The notes under the pieces: model-generated
What the model saw: the letters and a program-made list of their open reading frames with translations, nothing else
The model's database searches: none
Told to the model about the DNA's origin: nothing
Made by a program: the position numbers and the translations under genes
NCBI GenBank assembly: GCA_038496445.1
Contig: JALMLS010000278.1
Span: 7,831 to 71,830 of the forward strand
DNA length: 64,000 bases
Source: Trichosphaerium sp. ATCC 40318
Taxonomy: Eukaryota > Protista > Tubulinea
Direction: 5' to 3'
Shown here: positions 1 through 13,884 of the stretch, one piece after another
Layout of the letters: each line of letters starts with the position of its first letter
Position numbering within the stretch: the stretch's first letter is position 1

Positions 1-633
1 TTTTCAATTCCAGGGATGCACTACATCTCGTGGGTGAACAAGGTAACATTGTTGTGATATCACTACTGCTTAACAAACATAATAGTGTCCACTACACACA
101 ACGGTTAATACGAAATACTGCCATGATCTCATAAAACAGCATATCGATCCTACAAAGGCAACTTGTTCATCTGATCGTTTTATTGAACGCATATACAATG
201 TTCCTACAAATCAGACGTTTGTGCCTCAGCTCCACAACATCCTCCAGTTTTACTCACAACAAAAGCTTGCTCGCAGACCCGTACCTGTTATGGCACGTGA
301 TAGACACTGTTTTAGGCAAGTTTCCTTCGTTGTTTTTCTTTTGCCTAATGGCAATCTCAGGGATCAAAATACAATCATAAGCTTGGATGAATTTAAACTG
401 CTGTTTAACTTTGCTGTTGAATCTCATAACACATAATAAATAATTGAGCTGCAACTCCTTTGATCCTTACAAGTGGAATACGCCTCTTTAAATATCTAGC
501 CTAAAATGTAATACCTGGTATGGCACTACAGTTCGTGGAGCTGTATTAGCTCTTCCCAGAATCCTTGGCAAAGATTCAAGTGTTACGAAAATTAGTTTTT
601 TTTTGTAAAATTGGTCTAGACTGTTAAAGTACA

Positions 634-2269
634 ATGAGCGCTACAGCAGCTGAGAAAGAACTCGCAGTAAGCTTTGCCAAGGCCGTCACGCGCCTAACGG
701 ATGAAGTATGTTTTACAAACTCCCACTTGTGTTTATTAATAGTGGTGTGATGTTAACTGGTGCGAGCAGGCGTCAAAGGGTGTTGTTTGTGAAAGCCACG
801 CGATTTTGCCAATTGATAAAGACTTGTACGTGTTTTAGCATCAAAATGCATTACGTGACATTGTTTAAGGGTTCATGGCGTATTTACAAAAAATGTACGT
901 TATTCTCCATCCTACAACGAAACAATGCAAAGACCAATATGTTAGTTTCAACCTGCCTTATCACCAGTGGGTCAATTTTGGCGCGTAGTTAAAAAAGAGG
1001 TTTATTCAGACCCAAGCATCCACAAACACCGTAAAACAGGTGGCTACAAAGGTGTGTGGCGTTTGGATCGTATTGTACACCAACCTTTTCATCTAGGGCT
1101 GAGCGGCGTCCAATTTCGTGATTTGAAGGATGATGAAGGTATTTTTTCGAACATTTTACATAAACAAACCACTTTATTCACAACTTGTGATAGAGGCTAA
1201 AGCGGTGAGAAATGAGTTGGCTGCGTTGGAAGAGCACGTGACCACGTCAGTGGATGCAATTATCAAAGATTTACAAACCGCAGCAGCCAAACTGGCTCAT
1301 CAAATCGCCAATAGGAGGTGACTTGTAAAATGATTTGGTATTTAATCTTTATAAATTTTCAGGATGCCAGTCGTGAAACGGAAAGCTGATGCGCTTGCTA
1401 CAGAACAAGCTCTTGCTAATATGCTGAGAGATGACGAGCCACCAAAAAAAAAGCGCAAAACGGCACGTGAATTGCAAATTTTGCTTTATTCTTCACATTT
1501 TGGAAAAGGTATTTAATCTACTTCCTAAAGGGTACCGAGAAAGCAACACCGAAAAAAGCCGGGTACACTGTAGAGCAACTACAAAACTTTACCAAAGCAC
1601 AACTCAAGGAACTATGTGAAAAAGAAAACGTGCCGAGAACAGGCAACAATTTCACCCTCATAAAACGGCTTCTCACTCCTGACGGTACTTTCAAGTAATG
1701 TGGTGTGAGCGTGACTTATTTTTCTTTTAGCGTATCGTAAAGGCCGCAAAAAGATAACATTAGCAACAATGCAAAAAAATTTAGTAAAATTAGGATTAAC
1801 TGCACAAGAGGCCAAAGCTTCCAGTAGGTGCTGCATGGCTGCTATTTCTCGTGGTTTTATACCATTACCAACATGTCTTGACGACGAGGTACCTGGCAAG
1901 GTTTGGACGTGTGATGAGTGCCAAGAGTTGGTTACAACGACTTATCGTGCCCTCTTGAAACAGCCTGATTATGCAGGGTATGATTATGAAGATGGTTCAT
2001 CAAAGGGAGCCTTGGCCTGCGAAAATTGTGAATGGCGCAATTACGTTGCTGGTATGTGTCAAAATAACTTCAACCAAGATTCTGGCAAGTTTCACAACCA
2101 CTGCAGAAAGTGCAAGGTAATTGTTTTCTTTTTATGAAGCAGTATCTAAGTATAATTTTAGGGTTATGGTCAATGTATAGGAGACTACAGAGAAGTTCAT
2201 TGCGATTCGTGCGGTCGACACGGTTATGGTGGTTGTGATTACTGCGACGGAGGAGGCAGCTTTTGGTGA
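634..2269 (+). CDS. SAP-domain protein with C-terminal Cys/His-rich putative zinc-binding domain (multi-exon; 5' exon linkage uncertain, alternative start near 1364)
   Basis: Exons read PPKKKRKT (NLS-like), EQLQNFTKAQLKELCEKENVPRTGNNFTLIKRLL (SAP-like), then CDEC..QPDYAGYDYEDG..CENC..GKFHNHCRKCKGYGQCIGDYREVHCDSCGRH; TGA at 2267-2269. Confidence 0.7.
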
Positions 2270-2390
2270 TTCAAGAGAGGTGGTGGGGTAAGCTTAGTGT
2301 AACTTCTTTTTTTTGGGTTAGAAACATTTTGTATATTTTCAGGGTCTGTCTTAATAAAAGTATAAGTTTATTTGGACAAGTTTTTTTTGA

Positions 2391-3423
2391 TTAGCGTCTT
2401 CCGCCCATAAGTCTTAAAATCATGAGAAACAAGTTGATGATATCTAAGTATAGATTGACGGCAGCCTAAAGTAATATTTCATAAGCAAAAGTTGTCGAAA
2501 TATTTTTTTTGTTTTTTTGACTTACCAGAATGTATTCATCTTCTTCGTAAATGGTCATTAAAGCACTAGTATCATAGAGTATGAATAAAGTGAATAGAAT
2601 AACACCAAAGGCAGAGTACAGTGCGCTCATGAGAGGGCTTGGAAAGAAGACGAACTAAAAAAGAAATGAGTAAATAACATCTGATAAAACGACAATTCTC
2701 ATTTTTGCCATTTCTTTAAACTCTTTCAAACGTACGAAGAATAGTCCAACCCAAAGTAAGGCCCACAAGCTCAAGATCAAACCAGCACCAAGAAAGTTGA
2801 AGTTGATCTTTGTTTGAAGTGTGAACGCTGTAAGAGACAAGAATATAATCATGGTAATTGCAGCAGCTGATAGTACTGAAGAAACAGAGTATATTGTGCA
2901 GATAGAACCAACTGAGAAACCCAAGCAGACGCTCTAAAGTAAAGAAATTTAAAAAAGGAGACATGTTAAAAGTGGTGGTTTCACGTACGAATAAGGACAA
3001 TACTACGAGGTTCCAAATACGGATTTTATGGACAAAGAATAGTGTAATAAGGAAAGCCAAGGTTAATCCAAAGTTAAGCCAGTAGAACCACCTACAGATT
3101 AATAAGTTGTTTTATCGACAAATAATACAAAAAATCACGTGACGTACACATTTGTGAGGTAGAAATACGCCAGTTTAGTGTACATCATATTAAAAAATAT
3201 GAGAGCAACGGTAATGAGTAATTGACATGTTAAAATACCATAGATCTTGAGGAGGAAACCTTGAAGAGAGTTAACAAAAAAGTGTACAGCAGATTGTAAC
3301 AAAAAATAGCTTACGTGTGCGTCTTGGCCCATCCATATGTGCCGCCTTGGAACTTGTACCAAATTCGTCGTCTGGGATAGATTGATACATAAAAGGTGTA
3401 CCACCAGCAGCAGCTTCGTTCAT
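2391..3423 (-). CDS. Bax inhibitor-1 / Lifeguard (TMBIM) family membrane protein
   Basis: GFLLKIYGILTCQLLIT, AAAITMIIFLSLTAFTLQTKINFNFLG, C-terminal AAVNLYLDIINLFLMILRLMG; short GT-AG introns. Confidence 0.93.
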
Positions 3424-4460
3424 TTCGTAGTAGGTTGTGTATTCTTTCTAAAAGAAAAAACCCCAAAATCAGATATTGTACAACATGTTAACAATTTCAA
3501 AATTTGGCGTACACGTGTGCCTCTAGCTACCCAAACAATTGTTGTGATTCCTGCGATGACTATTGGGCGGGATTAGAGTTGGGAACAACGACAGTCCATT
3601 TGTACATACCCAAGATTGCGCCAATTATAGGTAAGACGTATGCCCACACTGTAGCGTATGTTGAAAGGCTAGGGCTTTCCCATATGATATCGTGCAGGTC
3701 ATTTTTATTGTACCAACACTGCTTGTTGCGGTCTACGCCAATGGTCTTCAAAAAAAGTTAGTTTATGGCGTTTTCGAGTGGAAAAATAGAGCGAACGCAC
3801 GGTATAGCGAGGTAGTGCGATGTGCTCAACGTATAAGCGTGTTGAATCAGATACAGCAACTGAGGTTCCATTTATGGTTTCGTTAACAAGCTAGGCACCA
3901 TTAAGAACGTAGAACATCTTTTTTACGCGGTATAGGCGTACTGTGTACGTGTAATCCACATTTAGTTTACACATTATATCAAACTTCCCAGCGCAAGATA
4001 TTACAGGATTGGAAACCTTGCAGTTCCATTTTACGTATGATGGAGCCTTTGTGACCTTCATCAGAGATGTAGATCCTATACCAAGGCAAATACAGGCGCC
4101 AATCTATTACATAATAAGGGGGCTTCCGTTTCCGTCCATTATTGGTAACCGTACCAAAATAAAAAACCCAATGCCAATAGATTTTACAGTAGATAGCTTA
4201 AAAAGCATACCACAGCATATTGTTTTGCCCATGACGTGTTAACTTAGTTTATTGTTTGAGATTATGTTAGCTGTGACTTAATTTTCATTTCGTAAATTTT
4301 CAAGCTTTCAGAATACAAAGTACTTTCTGTGAAGGACCCACTTGAACTTTCGTAAAAATACATCAAATGTGAGAAACAACTACTGCAATGTGGGACCATT
4401 ATTTATTTTTATACAAGCGTCACCATACACGTCTATTTTTTGCCTCACGTGCTTTTTTAA

Positions 4461-7400
4461 TTATTTGTACATCAAGTCATTACACGATTGCAGGATAGCT
4501 GTAATTTGAGGTAAAGCTTGTTCGCCAATAGCAAAGAGCTCCTGAAGTGCAAGACCAGCATCTATAGAAGTGCGTTAGCTTAACATGGTATCACAGTGCT
4601 CAACACTTAGTTCAAACACCAAAAACGTACCAGCGAAATGAAAGAACTCAGTCGCATAATCTAGAGCTGAGTACTTTACGACGTCGTTACGAGAGGATAA
4701 GCACTCCATGTAAACACCAACTATCCTGTCCGTTTCCCTAAGTTTTGGGTTAAACACAATTCACACTTACAGTTGTTCGCTATTATGGCTGAAAAACTAC
4801 AAAGGTACCTCAAATCCTCGTATAGGTAACGCAGTGACAACGAATAAGCTAGGTTTCTCAACGTCGCTGTAGGAACTAGTTCGTTACCAATACTTGCTGT
4901 ATTATCAAGGTTCAAGAACGGTGTGAGATACATCACGAACTCTCGTAGAACAATAGGATGAACAACCTAATAATTTTTTTAGTTTTGAAAACTACAAAAG
5001 CAAATATCACAAGTACGTACACTGGCCTTGTCCAGTTCTTTTAGAGCTGACACGCGGTTATCCATACTACAATTTCGCTCCAAATCCAAAGCGTTCTTTA
5101 TCACAGCCTTTTTATCGTCTGCAAACGGACTACGAAGCGCAGGAGGTGACCCATTAGCACCATCTACAAGCCATCGAAGCTGTTTAATTGCAGGAAATAA
5201 GTCAGCCACCCGTCTAAGCGTCTTGTTAATCAATGGCGGTCTAGAGCATATTGCGTACGATATGAATGACGAATACTTTACTAGTGATTTATGTTGTGGT
5301 ATTTCAAGCTTCAAGTGGCATAAGAATTGCGCAATCTTGAGAACCAGGTTCTAATACACAGTCAGTACCTTTGACACAGGTCTTAGAAGCTCGTACACGT
5401 AGTTGACTATGGTTGTAAATAGTGTTGGCAAGAAATTCAAGATACTCTCTTAAAATGAGTTCCAAGTGTTTACTCTGTAATAACATAAGCTTTAATATTG
5501 TAGCGTATCCATACCTTGAACAAAAACGGACGCATTACATCCATAATACCAAGAACGTAGGAAAACAGTACATGGTACTGAGAACGTACGAACTCGCCTG
5601 TAGGAACATGTGTTTTACCATGTAGTAATGCACACAGTGAAGGCAAGTATCGCAGTACTACAGAAGGCGAGGTAGCTGCTATTTTTCGCAAGCGCACAAA
5701 AGCCAATCTTGACAAGTCTACAATACCCAAATTTTGTACAAGTTTATGTATCTTCACGTCAGCCTGGAGAGAAAATATGTAAGTGATAATTTCATACGGT
5801 GATGATCGTACTTTTGAAGATAACGCATCGAACGATGTGGAAAGTAAGTGATCAAGTGTTGGGTTTCTAACTTTTCCCAAAGTGCTGGCATTGAAGTACA
5901 AGCCTGCAAGTAGCATCATAGCGCCAGTAGGCCTTATGCTCTCCTTAAAGGGTATTAGAGGATAGATAGTAAGACAAAGATGTACCTCCGTATTAGTAGT
6001 TCGTGTGAATATACCAAAGAGTCCATTAAGGGGAAATGTTTTGGATAAAGCCTAGTGCTACGATTAACTAGGTTCTTGGTTTTTTAAATATTAATAGCGT
6101 ACTGCTGCTCTAGGGATATCTGAGTGATGCAACAAATAATGAATAAGGTCTTGTAAATGCTTTGGATCACTTTTTGTAACACCAAGTAGAAGTTTTAGCC
6201 TAAAAATTAATTAATGAGACCGTACAGTTTTAACTGCGTGTAAACTAAGCACCTCTTTTCAACTATAGAACCATGGAATTCGTCAACTAAGTTAAGGGGT
6301 TAGTATGAGAATTGTGCAAGCTATTTAAAGGAGCACATACGAGAACTTTCTCTAATTTCTTCCAAGGTAATATCACACAACTTTAAAATGTTCGCTTGAG
6401 TTAATGCATAAACATCTGATTGAGCTTTCAGTTGTGTCTTTGATGCAATGTGAACCCACGACTGAGGTTGATACAAATACATAGACACGAATTCTAGAGC
6501 AGACGTGGGATTCAACTCCTAGACACAAAGTTAGCAATAATAAATTACAAAAAAAAAATGATGTAACAAAGTTGCTTGCCTTTAGCGGTGTTCTCATTAA
6601 TCTATCCATGTATTTCCGTTTTACAGACCACGCTGCTTCATGAACAAGCTTACTTAAAAGTAGTGGTCGTATGTTCTTGCCAACATGTGGATCACAACGC
6701 TTAAATAGCAAGTCAAAAATTCCCTCGTTTGTCATCCCGCTATCCAGCTTTAAAAGCCATTCAACAAGAACTATTGAATATCCAGGAATATCCTCTGCTT
6801 CTTGTGTGAACTTGTGCATACTGTTCAAAGTTGAAACAATCCCTGACGTGATTTGAACATTCGAAGATGGCTGATACGTATCAGGAGCATTCTCACTCAT
6901 GAAATGAAACGCTTCTCTGACAATTGAAGAAAAATGTGGTGTCTGTTCCTGAAGCAATGTCGTAATGAGTTTGAAAGTGTCTTCAGCTTCGAAAATAACT
7001 CGTTTGTCGCTTGTTTGTAAATGAGAATACAGTATCTGTGCTACGTTTCCTTGATGAGTTTCCGCTAGTTTTGCGAAGATTACATCTTCTTGAGCAACTT
7101 CACCAACGCCTCTAATTGATTCCACAATACCAGTAACTTCTGTGACAGTTTGGAAGAGTTGTAAAGTAAAGAACTCTGGTTGCTTAAGCAAGAAGCCTTT
7201 GAGCTCTTCCAGTATATGTAAGAAAGGCTTGGCATCTCTAGGTGGTGGGAAGCAAAGGCATATACAATTCAGCAGTGGTATAGAAAAGCACGATTTCTTT
7301 AATAGCTCAAGTAAAAGACTATCGCGTTGAGGTGCTGATGCTATACCAAGTTGAAGATATTGTACAATAGCATCAGCTAACCCAAACTCAGAAGTCAACA

Positions 7401-10400
7401 ATGAAGTATTTAGTTCATTGAGACACCATCCTAAGTAATCATCTCGAAGACTCTCAGCTAATGAATCAGGGCTACAAAGATCGTTACTATCATTGGAAAA
7501 TGATCATGTAGAGAATACGTACTTTACAAACAATGCATTAACTATACTTCGTGCTTGATTTTCTACGTTTTGGCTTGCCAAGTCATGTTGTTGAGGTGCT
7601 GGGAATTCAGAAAGATCTCGGAATAATTTTTTTGGGTACACTAATTCAGGTTTATCCACAGACATCCTATAAGACGATTAACCAAAAATACTCGACAATT
7701 CAAGCCAAAAAAACGTTACCCGTCAACTTTAGTTGTCGCAGAAATCTTTGCTAGTATTGCTTGTCCACCCGAAATACCCATATTATTATACATTGTTATA
7801 CGTTCCGCAACCTTCTTCAAGTCCCAACCAGTAGTTTCTTCAAGAAACTCAACAGCATGACTGTTACAAACAGCGTCAGCATTTTTATCCAAAAGAGACA
7901 TGGAAAGTGCCACACATTCATCAGCCAAACCGTTTTTGGTCATGAGTATAAGCAAATTCGATGGAGCCAAAAAATTAACAGCTAAATTTAAGAAATGAGA
8001 AATTGATTTGGTTCTGGAGTGAAGTACCCGGCCGAAACAAGCGTTTGTCTGTAGCAAGACCAAGTGTCAACGCTTGATCTTGGGTTATGGATGGCAGTGT
8101 ATTCCCTTTACGGAGCATTGGTGGCAGCTCACCACTTTTAAAAAATATATCGATGAGTTTATCTTGTTCAACTACTATTTCTTCGGTTTCTGCTGCGGAG
8201 TTAGAATAGTTTAAATGAAATCTGGGCATACCGTAGGGTTGGGATAGCAAGGTTATGATACCATCCCACACTTGTGTTGGTAACTTAATAGACGCTTTAT
8301 CTTTAATTTGTAGCGTAAGCGATGAGTGAGACGTGTCCATCTAGGAGTGATAAGAAGTTTTTTTATCGGTTGTTTATTGGAAGTACGTCATCTGTAGATG
8401 TTGCTGCATCAATAAATATCCGTATAAGTTTTGAATAAATCTTCTCAAGTCCCAAGAAACGCCTTATAACTCTTTTTGAAGATAAGAGCTGTTTGCACAA
8501 ATCCTACAAAATATTTAATAAGCTACTATTTGCTTATGTTAAAACAAATAATGTAGTGTTCCTACACAATGTGCATGGCGATATCTAACGCCACACACAT
8601 ACTAGTGAGGTACACAAGGTAATTTAGGGACTTTGTATCAATGAAGAGCCAAAGCTGGGGCAAACCATTTTCTATAGTCCCATACTCGTAAACTGAGCTT
8701 AGTTTTTTGATTTCCTTACCTGTGCTAGTTCCCCTGAAGAATCTGCGTGTTCAACAAGAAAGTCAATGTATGTACATATGACCTCAGTCTCATCCTCGTA
8801 CGCGATGACTTTTATCAAGTGATCAAAAATTACACCTAAGAATTATTTAAGCTCGCACGAAATTCAAAAAAAAAAATTGTGGTTTGTGACTTTGTTAAGG
8901 CACACCAAGCTAAGTACTGGATTTTTGGCATAAAAAAACCACGAAAAATGATATTAGTACCTTTAGCGATTATAAACCATCGTAATAGCGGCAGTTTGGT
9001 CAACCATCCACGCTTTGAGCTGTATGTAATTGAGAAAAAGAAAAAAAAGTGCGGTATTCGTACCCTCCATCTACATCCATTGGATCGCTTCCAAGTATGC
9101 TACTTGACTCTTCCACTGTATCCGATTTGGTTGGTGGCCAATTGTGAAAAAGCTTGTTGAGTGCAGCATCACTCATTGTTCTGTCATGTACATCCCTAAG
9201 AACGATTAGCTTGAGGCACATATAGTTTTGTTACGCACTTGGAAGCAAGTTTGCTCAAGAAAAAGTCAACAGCAGCAATTGTTTCCGTTTTGCCATTAAA
9301 TCCAGTGCGAAGAAGTGCTAAAATTTCATTTGCTAGTTGCGCTGGTGCTGACTTTATGTCGGCAGCACGTGTAGATTGTGAAATTAGTAGAAGCTCAGCG
9401 AGAGCACGTGTTGGAAGTACACTCAACGTGTTTGGCGAATTAATGACTATAGGACCTAGCCACGTAATAGAACTGGCACCTTGGCGCTTCATTATATCTA
9501 CCAAGAAATCTGAAAGATAAAACAGTAAGTAACAACTACACTAATATTCCTCTTAACATGCCTGGTTTACGAGAACTGCAAAGCAGGTGTCCAACACAAA
9601 TGAGCTGCTTATCTACATAATCAAGTCTTTCAATAAAATCTCTTGGAGCTGGCATAACATCTGTTGAAATATCGAACGCTATTAACTAAGTTGTATTTAA
9701 TAAAAATAACAAAGTTGTTTGTTTTACCTTTGAAAATAGATCCGATGTCTCTGAAATTACTGGCGCTACGTCTTCACCTAGTACATTGTAAGGATATTTA
9801 ATAGTAAGTTGGTATACCGTCACGTGTAGCAGCTTCTAATTGTGTTATTAGCTGACGACCTTTCTGTAATACATCAACCTATTGAAGTAGTTTAATTTGT
9901 GTGCGTGTATTGAATATTAATACCCTTGGCGATGATTCCCAGCGTTGCATAACTGCCATTTCCATGAAACTCTTCAATGTTGGTATATTTTCCCACAGGT
10001 ACTTTCCAATTGTCATTGGGTTCAAAGAAGCGCAAATAATTAACAAGAGCGTTGCCTAGTGATCATTAACACAGAAATAAATTTTGATTTTGATTTTACA
10101 TACCACCCAGAAATCTTCGTTAACATAAAACTTTGTTGTTAGTGGCAGATTAAGCTTAGCTCTGGTTTCGTCTGACATTGCGTACTCTGCCAATAGTAGC
10201 ATACCATCACAAACGGATGTATTTTGTAATACAATAGCTCCCTCAGAAGCATAACCTTTCTAAACAGCAATTACTATGTGGTGATGACAGCAAACGACGT
10301 ACTGTTCTATCTGCAGCACGTGCCACTAAGTGCTCAAACATTTGTAATACGTCAACATTAGGTAATCGGACAGGCATATTGACATTTAGGGCAAGTGACA

Positions 10401-12741
10401 TAAGACTATGCGAACGTATAAGATACTTAAAGTAAAAAAATCTACATTTCGTACATGTGGAACGTTTCTTCTTCAACTGGTACATTACGTGTTAATACTG
10501 CAAAAATTGTGTTCATTGATTCCCCCTTAAAGAAAGGTTGCTTGAAGATATTTAGTTTTGATGTCTAGATAGAAAAGAAGTAACTTACAACATCCGCTGT
10601 AAAATAGGTTTGTTGCGGCTCTAAGAATAGCAACTTCCTAACCATCTTGGCATACACAGGCAACACTTCGTCAGTGTCTGAAAGGTACTGCGGTATTGTC
10701 GAACAAAACTTCATAGCTTCTCTCTAAATTCAACAAATGAGTAAGGGCACTATTCTCTGAACAAAAAATGACATTTTGACATGTGTCAAAAGAAAATTTC
10801 TGAAAACGCACTTGTATTACGGCAACATGTTTTCTCGCTTTCCTCAATACTGCTGCCTTATCCTTTGCTTTCAATAAAGTATTAGTACTCAATATTAGGG
10901 AATGTGAGCGTACATGCAACTGTGCCAGTAAGTATGCTTCCAGGAACTGTCAATATAATACACAAACAAACTAAGTCTACTATTTGATGGACCCAAAATT
11001 CTTTTACGTAATCTTCATAGTTTGACAAATCCAGTGGTTGCATCAATCTATAACCAATGCTTTCAAAGTTTATGTTTGTGTAGTTTCCCAATGTACGTAT
11101 TGAATTTATGAAAAGAGGTACAATAACTGACTGAAGCTTAGGGTCTGTAGGTATCTGCTGAATTATTTGAGCGAGGTGATACTCCTTGTTATCTGGAAGT
11201 GATTGGTAGATAATCAAGAGCTTCTTAGAGTTATTAAGTATGCCAGGATTCACAATGGCTTCTTTATATATGAATCCACGAAGCGCTAAAGTTATATTAA
11301 TAAAGACCATTTCCAAAGAATTATGTTTAATATTTACCTAGCCACGGATAGTTTTTATGACTTTGCATCAACTGTTTGATTTTATCTTGAATAAACTGCG
11401 CATTCATGCCAACTACTCTCACAGCGAGTATGTTCTCCAAAGTTACAATATCTTGTTTAGTGTCCGTATTACACTGTACGACAATGTTACTGATAAGATC
11501 CTTAGCAAAGCGTGTAGTGCTTGGCATTGTCATCCAGGCTAATTGTTTTAGTGTTTTAATCCTTGTTACTTTTTAGGTGCTCCTTGCGTACTTTGTAAGT
11601 GCATTGAAGCAAGTTCTCGAACTTCTGGGGAAGTAACAGTAGCAGACATTAATCGTACGACATTTTTTAGGTTTGTATCTTCCTTGGATAGGCATTCATT
11701 TAATATAGTCAGTACGAGATCTTGAACTTCTCTGCGTTGCACAGGATCAGGATATCGATCACATACAGCTTCTGTGTTAGCGCCCTATAATAAAATTCAG
11801 AAAGAAAAAAAAAAAAAATGTTCTTTTTTTTTCAAACTCACCTCAGCAGAGAAGACTGTTAGCACATTAGCCACAAATAACCTAGAATTTTCGTCATCAA
11901 CCCATACTCTGTCATCAAGAGAGTCTTGAAAGAAAGCCTTGTCTACATTAGCACTGACAATTTTTTGAAGAAAAACTGATGTGCAAAGTACCCTCACAAA
12001 ATCCACCGGCCAACCTTTTACAGATTTGTACGCTTGATACAGTAAATTGCATACTAGTATAGGTACAATAGGCGCTCGTTTAAACGAACGAGGCTTGCCC
12101 TTGAGAATAGAAAGGAGGTACTAAAAACAGACGTGTTAGAAGAAATACGCAAAGTCATTTGACATTGTGCTAACCTTTTGAATTGATGGCTCTTTGAATA
12201 TTGAAGCCTTTACTTTACAAGCGTACATAAGTCCCAAGTAGCAATGTTCATCTGGATTTAAAGGGGAAGCTTGCAAGACATCGAGGTTGGCCTTAATTAT
12301 ACCAATAACAGCACCAAAATTTTTGCTGTCAGCGGCCGTTAAAATTTCTTGAGCTATGTCCTTGGCTAGCATTGCGTTTAGTGTAATGTTGATTAGCATA
12401 ACCAACGAAAAGTTATTAAATTGTCAAGGATAGTACCATGAGAGTCATTCTCAATCTTTTTCATGCTGCCTGGGCGTTCTACAAGGTGTTAGTAATGTTT
12501 TTTTCGTTTTATGTTTTAGACATTTACCAGCAGGTGGCATTGAGCGTTGTATGTACGGTTTAGGTGCCTACGGGGTGTTAATAAATTAGTTTAGACAGAT
12601 GTTAACCTTGTCCTGGCTTTTGGTTCGACCTATACACTGTCAGATGTAAAATAATTGCTCTACGGCGTTTGTACCCAATGCGACAATATCATCACCACCA
12701 TACAGGTTTGAGCCCCTTGGAAACTTACCAGGGTTGCTCAT
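4461..12741 (-). CDS. INTS1: Integrator complex subunit 1
   Basis: Many exons; DDIVALG near N-terminus, DSLDDRVWVDDENSRLFVANVLTVF, and VLRYLPSLCALLHGKTH..LFSYVLGIMDVMRPFLF match motifs recalled from metazoan INTS1. Confidence 0.88.
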
Positions 12742-12895
12742 GGTGGCACCAACGCCTAATTGTATGGCGTTTGCGCGTAATTGTTAAGTCTTGTTTTTTT
12801 TCAAAATACCCCTGAATAAAGCGCGAAATAGTTGTGCTACGGTATTTGTTTACTTTATGACATTGCGCTACACATACAAGTACAGGTTGTTTGCT

Positions 12896-13884
12896 CTAGC
12901 TTTCAGGTTTTTTATCTAAGAATATTTCCCACCTATAACAACCTTCATGGAGTGTCTTACTGTGTGCGTATGACCCACAAACCCTACAATGATCAGACAG
13001 CAAAATGTCTTCTCACAAGTAAAACGGCACACGAGGCCGTGGCGTTGTTTACAACGCAAACCGCATGAAAAAAGAACGGGTTGGTTTAAACCGTATGCAA
13101 TAGTACCTGTCAAAGAGCCTTTGCGTCGCGATATTGTCTGGCATAGTTTCAGCAATGCACGTCTTCTTTCCTTCCATCGCTGCAATTTCAAGCAAATACT
13201 TTGTCTAAAGCAAAGATTAAATACTATTCACGCTGTATTTCGACGGCGTACAATGTACGTAGCTATCCCTCTACCTTGTCAAAGGTTAAAATATGACACG
13301 AATATTGTCTCACCTTGAAATTTATCTGCAACTGTCACGGCCATTTCACACGTGTCACCATCATTCTTTGGGCTCATGTAACGTGCTATACCAACGAAAG
13401 AGTCGGTGGTGCTGTCTACAGCCGCGAGAGCTATACGTCACGTGAGTAAAAAGGAAAAGAAATCCAATTTATTTAATAACGTACCAAAGTCGTGCGTGTA
13501 ATCAACGTGGGTGAAGTAGTGAACCTCTTTGGGCGTCAGCTTTGTTTTAGCGTGAAAGAAACGCATGTAGCGAGAGTGAGGACTCTAAATACGCAGTTAA
13601 ACATAGCGGTAGGTGTGTTGACTAACTCGCGTACCATGTGTTTCTCCACAAACATTTTTTCGCGAATCTTGGGATGAATAAGAAACAAATCCGTTAACAA
13701 TGCGGACCTCGTCATCTGGAGTAATAGGGCGAATAACTAATAATGTTTTGGATGGTTTTGTTCCTCTAGAGAGAAATGTAACATCTCGTGAGAATTTACT
13801 GTTTGGGTGGTGCTTAACAGACACGGGTATGCGCTCTAAATGTTTGGAAGATATTTAGTGTATTGTTCAATTACCTGGTTTCAT
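12896..13884 (-). CDS. GNAT-family N-acetyltransferase (resembles the GNAT domain of Pat/acyl-CoA synthetase fusions)
   Basis: IRPITPDDE..SRYMRFF..YFTHVDY..VGIARY..CEMAVTVADKFQG.GRGIAT..AETMPDNIATQRLF. Confidence 0.85.

Noticed and set aside
1-600. Probable exons of a minus-strand gene running off the window
   Set aside because: Splice-like signals present but no consistent frame or product could be established
3500-4250. Short ORFs between the TMBIM gene and INTS1
   Set aside because: No recognisable motifs or coherent exon chain
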